Of a stretch of DNA of 49,984 nucleotides, positions 1-7,952 are shown one piece after another. Each line of letters begins with the position of its first letter. The stretch's first letter is position 1. Source of the DNA: a virus (Duplodnaviria > Caudoviricetes). The stretch lies in IMG/VR virus record IMGVR_UViG_3300025110_000020, positions 1-49,984 of that record; one strand, given 5' to 3'. The notes below the pieces were generated by a model. The model saw only the letters and a list, made by a program, of their open reading frames with translations. It made no database searches and was not told where the DNA came from. The position numbers and the translations under genes were made by a program.

Positions 1-309
1 GGCGGTCGTCTTGACGAACAGCCTGCCAACCCCATGCGCTCGGGATTGGAAGGGCAGATCAGGCCAAGGTTTCCAGGATCGATCAGGTGGCAGACCCCGT
101 CAGCTTCCAGACGTCTTGACCCGCAGTGGCGAGAGTACCTATCTGAACCCACACTTTGTCGAGGAGATGATGGGTTATCCAATCGGGTACCTCGTTTAAA
201 AGCACTTGGCAATACCATAGTGCCGGCTTGTGCTGCCGTTCCTCTTCAGAGAATCAAACACTTATCCACCTACCCCCACTATCACCATGGCGAAGGAAGC
301 ATCACTTGA
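1..309 (+). CDS. C5 cytosine DNA methyltransferase, C-terminal part of main chain (5' truncated by window)
   Basis: Frame is open from base 1; ends ...EPTLCRGDDGLSNRVPRLKALGNTIVP, the motif X region of Dcm-like MTases. Confidence 0.8.
   Translation, partial: GGRLDEQPANPMRSGLEGQIRPRFPGSIRWQTPSASRRLDPQWREYLSEPTLCRGDDGLSNRVPRLKALGNTIVPACAAVPLQRIKHLSTYPHYHHGEGSIT
2..199 (+). CDS. Overlapping alternative-frame chain of the C5 MTase (motif IX-like), 5' truncated
   Basis: LPTPCARDWKG...LNPHFVEEMMGYPIGY in a second open frame nested in the MTase gene. Confidence 0.65.
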   Translation, partial: AVVLTNSLPTPCARDWKGRSGQGFQDRSGGRPRQLPDVLTRSGESTYLNPHFVEEMMGYPIGYLV

Positions 310-799
310 ACCTCTCAATAGTAAAGAGGTTGAGCAATTTCTAGAAGGTCAACGTCGAGCTCAGCAAGACTCCGAATGGAAAACTGCTACTGGAGTAAAA
401 CAAACAATGGCCAAGCTAGATAAACTTCAAAAGAAAAGAGCAGCTGCTAAAAAGCGTAAGCCTACCTTTCGGGAAGCATGGGCTAACCGATTCACTCACC
501 AACTACTAGGTCGAACTATTACTGGACTTAGGTATATGACTAAAGAAGAATGTGATGACTTTGGCTGGAGCAACTCAACACTTGTTCTTGTTTTATCTCT
601 TGGTTCAAGACGTGATCCTGAAACAGATATATTCCTTATTCCTCAAATGGATGATGAAGGTAATGATGCTGGAGTTCTAAACTTTACTCCAATCACACCT
701 AAGAAATGGGACCTAGAGAACTTCGAGGAACTGGCTCCAGTTCTGCCGAGCTATGACCTAGAGAAGACCGACCATTGGATGAATGACAAGAAGTCATGA
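287..799 (+). CDS. Hypothetical phage protein
   Basis: ORF 230..799; ATG at 287 is the more plausible start; C-terminal GRTITGLRYM...PQMDDEGNDAG region. Confidence 0.65.
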   Translation: MAKEASLEPLNSKEVEQFLEGQRRAQQDSEWKTATGVKQTMAKLDKLQKKRAAAKKRKPTFREAWANRFTHQLLGRTITGLRYMTKEECDDFGWSNSTLVLVLSLGSRRDPETDIFLIPQMDDEGNDAGVLNFTPITPKKWDLENFEELAPVLPSYDLEKTDHWMNDKKS

Positions 800-969
800 G
801 TCGTTGGCACAAAAACCCACAGGATCCAGATTGGATAGGATCTGGTCCTGACTTCTACAAGAGAGGATCATTCCATAACAAGTTAGGGATGTGGCTCATG
901 TGGAGCTTCTATATATGGACAGCTCTTATGATTATTCGTCTTATCGTTGTACTCAATTTAAGGAGCTAG
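796..969 (+). CDS. Small membrane protein (57 aa)
   Basis: Translated by hand: MSRWHKNPQD...KRGSFHNKLGMWLMWSFYIWTALMIIRLIVVLNLRS; ATGA overlap with upstream stop; one TM helix. Confidence 0.6.
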   Translation: MSRWHKNPQDPDWIGSGPDFYKRGSFHNKLGMWLMWSFYIWTALMIIRLIVVLNLRS

Positions 970-973
970 GATT

Positions 974-1150
974 ATGAATGGCAAAAAATGGAATCTTGAA
1001 TGCCTAATTGAAATAACTAATAGATATAAGACTCATTTGAATGAATCTTTACTATCAGTTAAAGGCTATCCAGAAGATGAAGAAACTTTTAGAGAAGAAA
1101 TTGAATATATAAACAGAGTTGTAAAAGACGTAAAAGAGGAATGGCTATGA
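974..1150 (+). CDS. Hypothetical protein (58 aa)
   Basis: Translated by hand: MNGKKWNLECLIEIT...KDVKEEWL; AGGA upstream. Confidence 0.55.
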   Translation: MNGKKWNLECLIEITNRYKTHLNESLLSVKGYPEDEETFREEIEYINRVVKDVKEEWL

Positions 1151-1201
1151 AGAATTTAATCAGAGCCTTTATGGAATCCATCTCTATCCTCACTATCCTC
1201 T

Positions 1202-1408
1202 ATGTCATCTTCTACTGAAATCAAACTAGGAAACAAGGAGTGCTTAAGGTATTGGGCACTCCTTAAAGACACAGAAAATCTAGGCCAAGCAGTTGAAGCT
1301 GCTATGAACCTAGATTTAATTGCTGATTTACGTGGATCTCAAAGATTATCAGTTGAGCAATGGACTCAAATACTTGAGGACGTGCTCATTTATGAAAATC
1401 TAATCTAG
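1202..1408 (+). CDS. Hypothetical protein
   Basis: 68 aa ORF, co-oriented with the early genes. Confidence 0.55.
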   Translation: MSSSTEIKLGNKECLRYWALLKDTENLGQAVEAAMNLDLIADLRGSQRLSVEQWTQILEDVLIYENLI

Positions 1409-1506
1409 CAAGCACAAAGTGCTCTAGATTTTGCCATAGAAAGTTGAGCATCATGTAGACGCTGCAACTTCCGCATCCTATTACGGATGAGAAGTAAGTT
1501 GTTCAT
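1405..1506 (-). CDS. Small basic peptide (33 aa) downstream of the YRG peptide
   Basis: Translated by hand: MNNLLLIRNRMRKLQRLHDAQLSMAKSRALCAC; LHDAQ motif recalled from cyanophage DUF4278-associated peptides; AGGT RBS. Confidence 0.6.
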   Translation of the reverse strand: MNNLLLIRNRMRKLQRLHDAQLSMAKSRALCAC

Positions 1507-1513
1507 GCTATAC

Positions 1514-1606
1514 CTATGCGTAAGCTACTTTTCTTACTGGCTTCGAATAGCTAAGACCTCTGTAGGTTAGCTTGACACTTGGTGTCTTGACTGCTGTTTT
1601 AGACAT
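1514..1606 (-). CDS. DUF4278-like YRG peptide (30 aa)
   Basis: Translated by hand: MSKTAVKTPSVKLTYRGLSYSKPVRKVAYA; LTYRG..Y motif; GGAG RBS at 1614-1617. Confidence 0.8.
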   Translation of the reverse strand: MSKTAVKTPSVKLTYRGLSYSKPVRKVAYA

Positions 1607-1622
1607 GGATTAACTCCAGTAA

Positions 1623-1680
1623 TCAGTGCCCCCGTCGTATGACACTGGGTGGGTGCAACCTCTCATAAAGGTCCGACGAT
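1623..1680 (-). ncRNA. Glutamine-II (downstream-peptide) riboswitch-like RNA, variant sequence
   Basis: Minus strand AUCGUCGGACCUUUAUGAGAGGUUGCACCCACCCAGUGUCAUACGACGGGGGCACUGA: P1 CGUCG/CGACG, P2 ACCUUU/AGAGGU, pseudoknot CAGUGUC/GGCACUG; directly 5' of a YRG peptide. Confidence 0.6.
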
Positions 1681-1689
1681 TATACCTAT

Positions 1690-1732
1690 ATCCTAACAAA
1701 CTGTATCAATAGATACTGTATCACCCTGATAC
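1690..1732 (-). promoter_or_regulatory. Promoter with NtcA box(es)
   Basis: GTA-N8-TAC palindrome GTATCAATAGATAC at 1703-1716; adjacent GTATCA-CCC-TGATAC (N9 spacing) at 1718-1732; extended -10 TGnTAGGAT on the minus strand at 1698-1690. Confidence 0.65.
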
Positions 1733-1745
1733 CATTTATTAAATC

Positions 1746-2039
1746 TTAATCTTCTACGAAGTTAGGAATTGGTGGTTGATCAGGAACAGGCACTATCTCT
1801 TTGTAGATAGGCGGTTCATATGCAGGAGGGTGAGGTAAAGGTATAAATCTCGGACGAGGGCGTAGCAATCTGAACCCGTCATACAATGTATATTCCACTC
1901 TATCCACGCTTCTACTGAGACGACGATAAGAATTAGCCATCATAAACTGACCAGTTACAACCGCAACAGTTGCTATACCCCAGAAGATGTAGTAAGCCTT
2001 GGATTTCACTTGCTTGTATTCGTACTCGTTCTTATCCAT
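1746..2039 (-). CDS. Cyanophage membrane protein, Pro-rich C-terminus
   Basis: KSKAYYIFWGIATVAVVTGQ TM segment; start probably MDKNEY at 2039. Confidence 0.7.
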   Translation of the reverse strand: MDKNEYEYKQVKSKAYYIFWGIATVAVVTGQFMMANSYRRLSRSVDRVEYTLYDGFRLLRPRPRFIPLPHPPAYEPPIYKEIVPVPDQPPIPNFVED

Positions 2040-2157
2040 GGTGAAGTTGATCGATATCACATACTGTACAAGTTATGTAGATCCTATCAACTTTTCTTAG
2101 TTAAGATATTGCATCACTATTCCAGCAGGTATAAGATAGTAACCCAGCGGAAAATAA

Positions 2158-2388
2158 ATGATCAGAAAAAGAGCAGTCCTCATCAATTATTTAACTCACG
2201 AAGTCTTAGATCCCAACTATCAACCCTTGCTAACGTCTCGGGAATTAACAGAGGGGAATAAAAACCTAGAGAGAAAGAGATTGATGTGGCGCTTGCGGTG
2301 GCTTAATAAGGTTATTAATATCTCAGGAGAGGCGGAACAAAAAGAACATGCTCAATTGCAATTCAGCACTCCTAGCCATAGCGTCTGA
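2158..2388 (+). CDS. Hypothetical protein
   Basis: 76 aa ORF heading the replication operon. Confidence 0.5.
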   Translation: MIRKRAVLINYLTHEVLDPNYQPLLTSRELTEGNKNLERKRLMWRLRWLNKVINISGEAEQKEHAQLQFSTPSHSV

Positions 2389-2974
2389 GTTCGTAGGTAA
2401 ATTTGCACCGTATCAATCAATAGAAATTACTCCTGCTCCAACAGGAGGAGTTTATATTGCGTCTACTGACAATGGCAAAGTTGCTTGCTTAGCTCATGAT
2501 CCTAGTGCAGAAGGAGATGAATCAATCATCCTATTACCTAATAGCGATTTGATTAAAGCGTCACGAGGAGTCAAGACTGCCGAAAGATCTATTTCAATCA
2601 ATGGCAATATGGCCATGGTTACTACTCATAGGAAGTCAACTTCTGAATCAAAGGAAATTCCTTTCCACCGAAGCACTAGTGATTTTCCTAAGTTATCTGG
2701 TGCAATCAAAGATTGTATCGCTAGATGGGATGAAATAGGTAAGAGCTCTGCAACTGCTGGTAGGTATGACATTACTTACCTCCAACGAGCAATCAAGAGT
2801 TTGAGTTCCATCAACTCATCGGTAACCTTACACTCCTTCGATGGTGGTCCAATGAGGATCCAAGAATCATCAGGCAATATTGTGATCTTGGTAATGCCAC
2901 AAATTGCTTTACCTATTCCTCCTGTTCCTGATTGGCTGAGGCAATATTCTCAAGGGGCACCATCTGTGGTGTAA
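2348..2974 (+). CDS. Putative sliding-clamp (DNA pol III beta)-like protein
   Basis: ASTDNG, DFPK, YDITYL and terminal ILVMP patterns resemble the beta-clamp domains; replication context. Confidence 0.45.
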   Translation: MLNCNSALLAIASEFVGKFAPYQSIEITPAPTGGVYIASTDNGKVACLAHDPSAEGDESIILLPNSDLIKASRGVKTAERSISINGNMAMVTTHRKSTSESKEIPFHRSTSDFPKLSGAIKDCIARWDEIGKSSATAGRYDITYLQRAIKSLSSINSSVTLHSFDGGPMRIQESSGNIVILVMPQIALPIPPVPDWLRQYSQGAPSVV

Positions 2975-3033
2975 CGAAAAGTTGCATACCCCATATACAG
3001 CGTTAGGCTGAATTGCCCACATAAGTAAATAGG

Positions 3034-3720
3034 TTGTCTACTGCAATCCTTACTGTTGCTTTAGGTGCGACCCCAACTCAAGTTGTTGTTAATGGACAGG
3101 AGTTTCTTGAAGCTCCTGCTGTTGCCAGCACACCTGAGCCACTACCAGTCATCCTAAGAGCAAGAGCCACCACCAATACGGGACCAGCTTCCCGATTCCA
3201 AGCTAAGAAACCAGACGAATTTGTTTTGGTTACTGGTGCTTTATCCCTCGGGGAAAAAGACACAGAGCACGATGGTATCCCCATCATTACTATGACTTCT
3301 ATTTGCGATGCAAACAAAGATCAATTCATCAACGAAGCGATGTTTGTTGGACGTTTTTCAAAGGATGGAAAACCAGCAGAGAAGTCAGCTAGTCGTAGCA
3401 TTGCCGTCAACAGATATGTTGCAGGTAATCAACTTACCGACTGGTACAGAGTAAGAGGATACGGTAATTGGAAAGAACGTATTCTTGACTATCCGAAAGG
3501 AAGTTTAGCTGAGGTATTGGGTATGCTGACACCACAGAAAGATGGTAAAGGCAAGCTTTATACAGAAGTTAAATGCCGACGTATTCGTATTCACGAAAGA
3601 ACTAAGGGAGGTGGAGCTGCTAATCCAGCTAAAGATACCTCCGCTTCAGGTTATGCACATGAGGAATTCATGGGTAATGAAGATCCTGGAGATATGCCTG
3701 CCCCTCAATCTTGGAATTAA
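3034..3720 (+). CDS. Single-stranded DNA-binding protein, probably two OB folds
   Basis: FVGRFSKD...IAVNR...TDWYRVRGYG...KGSLAEVLGML SSB signature; acidic tail; TTG start. Confidence 0.75.
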   Translation: MSTAILTVALGATPTQVVVNGQEFLEAPAVASTPEPLPVILRARATTNTGPASRFQAKKPDEFVLVTGALSLGEKDTEHDGIPIITMTSICDANKDQFINEAMFVGRFSKDGKPAEKSASRSIAVNRYVAGNQLTDWYRVRGYGNWKERILDYPKGSLAEVLGMLTPQKDGKGKLYTEVKCRRIRIHERTKGGGAANPAKDTSASGYAHEEFMGNEDPGDMPAPQSWN

Positions 3721-3723
3721 ACT

Positions 3724-4470
3724 ATGGGATTCTTTCCTCCTGACCATAAGTTCGCGACTGAATCAGCGAGCAATTCAACCACTAACGAAAACAATGATAA
3801 GTTCTATGCTCCTGGCAAGGAACTAGATGATGGTGATTCCCATCAGATCATTGTCTGTGGTGGCTTCGATACTGGCCACGTTATTAGTGGTTACAAGTAT
3901 TTTAAGAACGATGGTCAACCACATACCACTCCTTTCTCTGAAGGTTATCCAAAAGATTACAAGGAGGATATTGGTCTTAATTATGATGCTAAGTTCAACC
4001 GCAAGGTTGAATATGGCAACCATACAGAAGACGACCTCGACAAGCCTAAACAAATACTTAGCTTTGTTGGCTACATCAAAGAGAAGAAAGACTTTTCCAT
4101 TATTGAATTCAATACAAAAGCTTTACGTACTGCTCTAGAAGAAATCCTTTCAATGGACTCTTATGAAGTTAGTGAAGAAGGTGTATACAATTTCATGATG
4201 AAACTTTCACGTAAAGGAAGGAAGACAGACACTGTTTACACTTTGACTCCTGCACCACTAAAGGCACCAGCAAGAACTGCTGTAGCAAAGAAGTGGGCAG
4301 AGATTAAAGATAAGTGGTATCTGCCAGCTCTTTACGATAATGCTGATCCTTTTGCAGGTAAACCAGCCGAAGCAAAGACACGAGGTCTTCCGCCTACTCA
4401 TAGAGATGCACTAGGTGCCGACCATGAGATCAAATCATCATCCGAAGAAATCGGAAGTGATTGGGTCTAA
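3724..4470 (+). CDS. Putative ssDNA-binding/annealing protein
   Basis: Phage OB-fold-like pattern (KLSRKGRKTDTVYTLTPAP ... LYDNADPF), acidic tail, next to SSB. Confidence 0.5.
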   Translation: MGFFPPDHKFATESASNSTTNENNDKFYAPGKELDDGDSHQIIVCGGFDTGHVISGYKYFKNDGQPHTTPFSEGYPKDYKEDIGLNYDAKFNRKVEYGNHTEDDLDKPKQILSFVGYIKEKKDFSIIEFNTKALRTALEEILSMDSYEVSEEGVYNFMMKLSRKGRKTDTVYTLTPAPLKAPARTAVAKKWAEIKDKWYLPALYDNADPFAGKPAEAKTRGLPPTHRDALGADHEIKSSSEEIGSDWV

Positions 4471-4547
4471 TGCAAGGTTTCATTGTTCTCTTTTGTGTGA
4501 TCATCTTGATCTACATTCTCTTGCGTAATATCCACTTGAATTATTAA
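4470..4547 (+). CDS. Small TM peptide (25 aa)
   Basis: MQGFIVLFCVIILIYILLRNIHLNY; TAATG coupling on both sides. Confidence 0.55.
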   Translation: MQGFIVLFCVIILIYILLRNIHLNY

Positions 4548-4798
4548 TGCAAGATTCCATTGCTCTTTCATCTCTCCGCGAGGCAACTTGCGGTAGAGAT
4601 GTAAAGCACATCATCGACACCTATGGTCAGGCAGAATGTAATAAAGCTTGGAAACAATTAAGCCCTGTTGAACGAGCCTCATTACAGCTAGCCAATTTTT
4701 TTCACGGAGAAATTATCCATGACTATGCAGAACCCCGACGGGAAGAATCAATACCAGATCCAGTCAGAGATACTCGACCATCTAAAGATGAATGGTGA
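4547..4798 (+). CDS. Hypothetical protein
   Basis: 83 aa ORF, coupled start. Confidence 0.6.
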   Translation: MQDSIALSSLREATCGRDVKHIIDTYGQAECNKAWKQLSPVERASLQLANFFHGEIIHDYAEPRREESIPDPVRDTRPSKDEW

Positions 4799-5102
4799 AT
4801 ACCTGAGTATTATGTCTAAGCAGTTAGAAGATATTAAATATTTACTTAATGGATTCACTTCAGGAGGAGCCAGTCTTAATGGCTATCTTCCTGATTCGTC
4901 TTTATTGGCATACTTAAGTTTGATAGGTCCTGCACTTGCAAGACATTTAGATAAGACTATAGGCCTAGAAGAAATATTGAAAGGAGGTGTGCATCTTTCT
5001 ACTCGAATGGTAGAAGAGTATGCTGCATACCAATCCGAACGACAACCAATCGATACTCTCAAGAATTCATTAGAGTTTCTAGGGCAAACTGAATCTGAAT
5101 AA
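4719..5102 (+). CDS. Hypothetical protein
   Basis: 127 aa ORF with GGAG RBS. Confidence 0.65.
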   Translation: MTMQNPDGKNQYQIQSEILDHLKMNGEYLSIMSKQLEDIKYLLNGFTSGGASLNGYLPDSSLLAYLSLIGPALARHLDKTIGLEEILKGGVHLSTRMVEEYAAYQSERQPIDTLKNSLEFLGQTESE

Positions 5103-5103
5103 C

Positions 5104-5345
5104 ATTTGGGCGTCTGTCTGATCTCACTGCATGAGGGTTTATTGTCCTGCCTTCACTAAAGAAAGCAACTACTCGGGCTATGTGGTTGGTACTAACAAGT
5201 TGCACAGTAATGCACTCTTGTTTCTTTCAATAGTGACTTAACTTATAGGTGTCCATCGAGACCAGTTAGTAGTTCCAACGGGGTTAGACAAGTCCCATTC
5301 ATAGGGCTAACTGACAAGGATAAATAGACAGTGTAAGTCCCATTT
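5104..5345. ncRNA. Candidate structured ncRNA (~240 nt)
   Basis: No ORF of 60 aa or more; nested stems CTGTCT/AGACAG, TCACTA/TAGTGA, AAAGAAA.CAA/TTGTTTCTTT, GTTAG/CTAAC and pseudoknot TACTAAC/GTTAGTA. Confidence 0.55.
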
Positions 5346-5407
5346 TTGTCGCTAATAGTTACAAACTGAAATTAATCGTTACATTAATAGTAGTTATGTA
5401 ATATTTA

Positions 5408-6265
5408 ATGACTGAACCAACTCGTTTTGAGATTAATGGTGAACGTCATTACGCAACAGACAAAGCAGATAAAGCCTACCCTTCAGTAACAACAATTCTT
5501 GGTAAGACTTCTTCCGAAAGAAGTAAGAAGGCACTCTTAAATTGGCAAGCTAAAAACCCAAATGGCGCAATGCTCGCAGCCGAAAGAGGGTCAGCGGTAC
5601 ATGCAGCGTGCGAGGATTATATTCGAGGGAGAGAAATAAAAATAAAAGAAGAATACCTACCATTTTGGAATGGGATGAGTAAACATTTAGATAAATACGA
5701 TGAATTCATCTGGAGCGAAATGCCACTTAGGCCTGAATGGAATTTCTGTACAGGAGAAGATGGTATTAGCAGAGTATGGAGTCATAAATATATGTACTGT
5801 GGTTGTCCTGACCTTCTAGGTATTCGCAACGATACAGTGATTATTGGTGACTTCAAGACCTCTAACCAACCCTACTGTCGCTATTACCCAACCAAGGAAG
5901 CTAGCAGAGAAAATAGATCTCTCTTTACCGGTTGGAATAAGTTCAATAAGTGTGCAATGCAATTAGCAGCTTATGCTCAGGCCTGCAAAGAAACTCTAGG
6001 AGTTGAGGTTAGTTGTGCGGAGATTATTGTCTCTACACCTGAGATTGACCAAAGTTTTATTTTAAATAAAAACGAACTTGCTAAATTCCTAACCAAATGG
6101 CTCCAGAAAGTTCGTCGCTATCAGGAGATAAAAGAGGAAGAAAGCAAAGCCAAACATATCTTGAAAGAATTAAAGGAATCAGAAGATGCCAGGGATCATT
6201 TGACCAGTAGTGATGTAAGCACCGATACCAGCAACAAAACCGATCATTGCAAGGCGACCGTTTAA
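5408..6265 (+). CDS. PD-(D/E)XK exonuclease
   Basis: YPSVTTIL, RGSAVH, GCPD, IGDFKTS, QLAAYA motifs. Confidence 0.88.
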   Translation: MTEPTRFEINGERHYATDKADKAYPSVTTILGKTSSERSKKALLNWQAKNPNGAMLAAERGSAVHAACEDYIRGREIKIKEEYLPFWNGMSKHLDKYDEFIWSEMPLRPEWNFCTGEDGISRVWSHKYMYCGCPDLLGIRNDTVIIGDFKTSNQPYCRYYPTKEASRENRSLFTGWNKFNKCAMQLAAYAQACKETLGVEVSCAEIIVSTPEIDQSFILNKNELAKFLTKWLQKVRRYQEIKEEESKAKHILKELKESEDARDHLTSSDVSTDTSNKTDHCKATV

Positions 6266-6364
6266 TAGCTCTGATTGTTCTGATAAAGAACCAGCTTCAA
6301 TAACTTCAGGAGCTACCTCCTTACCAAACATGTTCTGCTTGCCGTATTCAGTAGTCGTTGTCAT
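6179..6364 (-). CDS. hli: High-light-inducible protein
   Basis: ELLNGRLAMIGF chlorophyll-binding motif and TGQMIPGIF terminus. Confidence 0.96.
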   Translation of the reverse strand: MTTTTEYGKQNMFGKEVAPEVIEAGSLSEQSELLNGRLAMIGFVAGIGAYITTGQMIPGIF

Positions 6365-6446
6365 CGAACCTAAAGAAAATATTACAAACTAAGTATAGCC
6401 ACTAGGTAATATTACTTACTCTTATACCGTCCATTAAGAATTTTAA

Positions 6447-6484
6447 TAAAAATCCCCCTAGGAAATGCAGAAACCTAGAGGGAC
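6447..6484 (-). terminator. Intrinsic terminator
   Basis: Minus strand TCCCTCTAGG...CCTAGGGGGA followed by TTTTT. Confidence 0.6.
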
Positions 6485-6516
6485 AATGCTCGCGCTTCAG
6501 AAGAATACACGCTTGT

Positions 6517-7092
6517 TTAATCTTTGGCAAGATTACTTATATTTTTGAGAATTCCATCAGGCTGATAAAACTGTTGTTTATATATATCTGAATTCCGATA
6601 GTCGAACGATTCCAGTAATCCCACTTTTACTTTTAAGACTTCTCTTAAGGAGAAAGTTTCCATAGCTGGAACCATGTTCTCCTCTACTGCAGTAAGATCA
6701 CTTAGCACTAACCAATACAATCGTTCTTTTTCTTCATCTGTTAGTAACGAACCTTTTATTGACTCATATCTAATCCTAAAGCTATCTGTATAATCTGTGT
6801 ACCTCAGCAAGTCCTCAACGGCCTGAGTACCTATATCATCCTCAACATCGTCAGGATATATAAAAATCTTTTTCTTTGGATCATGCACATTGCGCAGTCT
6901 TCTCGGACTACAACTGACCAAGAATAAACCCGCCAACTGTTCACTGAAAGGCCTTCCTCCTTCTAGGAGACTACTTGCAATCTTTTCGGAATAACCAAGA
7001 AGTGATAGAGGTATCCTCTTATCTGAGAATGCCCAATCATTAACACCTAACTCTTTCAGTTTATTTAAGCCTTCTTTAATATCAACAATCAT
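6517..7092 (-). CDS. Degenerate DUF6817/HD-like protein
   Basis: LKELG...SLLGY...QLAGLFL...IGTQAVE parallels LRELGA..HS..SLLDHL...CLAGLFH...IGEEAE, but without the histidines. Confidence 0.45.
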   Translation of the reverse strand: MIVDIKEGLNKLKELGVNDWAFSDKRIPLSLLGYSEKIASSLLEGGRPFSEQLAGLFLVSCSPRRLRNVHDPKKKIFIYPDDVEDDIGTQAVEDLLRYTDYTDSFRIRYESIKGSLLTDEEKERLYWLVLSDLTAVEENMVPAMETFSLREVLKVKVGLLESFDYRNSDIYKQQFYQPDGILKNISNLAKD

Positions 7093-7666
7093 GGTACCAC
7101 TCCGCTAAATCCTCTCCTACTTCAGAGCCTTTCTTAGCTCCGAAAGCAGTAGCAAAACCAGATGCAACCCAACCGATAATAGGTATGGAAGAAACGGAAG
7201 GAGCGATATACTCAGAAGCTGCCGCAGCGCCAACCGCAGCCCCAACTCCTGCTCCTGCTCCGGCTTTCTTGAGGCAAGCGATTTGTTTTTCAGTAAGCTT
7301 TCCGTCTCCTGATTGAGATTGAAAGATACCTGGTCCTATCAAATGTTGATGACCCTCCATTGTGTATTGCTCTAGTTGATAGATTTTCTTATCCTTCTTA
7401 CTACCAAATAGACCTCCTTGAGGAACCACGATATCCTTACGCATCTCCATCACCTTCGGATCATTCATTCGATGGGTAATGCTATAGCCATCCTTGCTCG
7501 CATCAATTGTGTACTGACTATATGGTCCAACAGGAAGATCAAATCTAGGTAGACCTCCTTCTTTATTGGCTAGCAAGTTAATCATCCAGAGATGGGAAAG
7601 ACCAAACGTCCCTCCTACTAATACAATGATTGTTCTTTGCAACCAATGATTATTTGTTAACGTCAT
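7082..7666 (-). CDS. Cyanophage membrane protein with glycine zipper
   Basis: N-terminal TM, NDPKVM, C-terminal GAGVGAAVGA...IPIIGWVASG. Confidence 0.75.
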   Translation of the reverse strand: MTLTNNHWLQRTIIVLVGGTFGLSHLWMINLLANKEGGLPRFDLPVGPYSQYTIDASKDGYSITHRMNDPKVMEMRKDIVVPQGGLFGSKKDKKIYQLEQYTMEGHQHLIGPGIFQSQSGDGKLTEKQIACLKKAGAGAGVGAAVGAAAASEYIAPSVSSIPIIGWVASGFATAFGAKKGSEVGEDLAEWYHDC

Positions 7667-7742
7667 AAAAAATAAACATTTAAATAAATTTTAGAATAGG
7701 AAAGCAAGATTGCAATCCCTCGAATATTAGGCATACTTTCTT

Positions 7743-7952
7743 ATGCAGTTGTTCAAAAGTAAACCCGAAGTGAAAGAAACTCCAAAGCTAATACTGACAA
7801 CACCTCTAGGTGGTACTGTACACACCTACCCCATCACTGGAGGTAAGACCACTTTTATAAGACACCTAGCCTGCTACTTAGGTTCTTGTAGATTTTGTAA
7901 CGATTTAGAAGAAGCAACTCACCATTTAAAAGAGGTAGAACCACGTGTATAA
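7743..7952 (+). CDS. Hypothetical protein
   Basis: 69 aa ORF overlapping the primase start. Confidence 0.6.
   Translation: MQLFKSKPEVKETPKLILTTPLGGTVHTYPITGGKTTFIRHLACYLGSCRFCNDLEEATHHLKEVEPRV

Noticed and set aside
6365-6445. RpaB/HLR1 site upstream of hli
   Set aside because: TTAC-containing half-sites are present but not in the canonical direct-repeat spacing.
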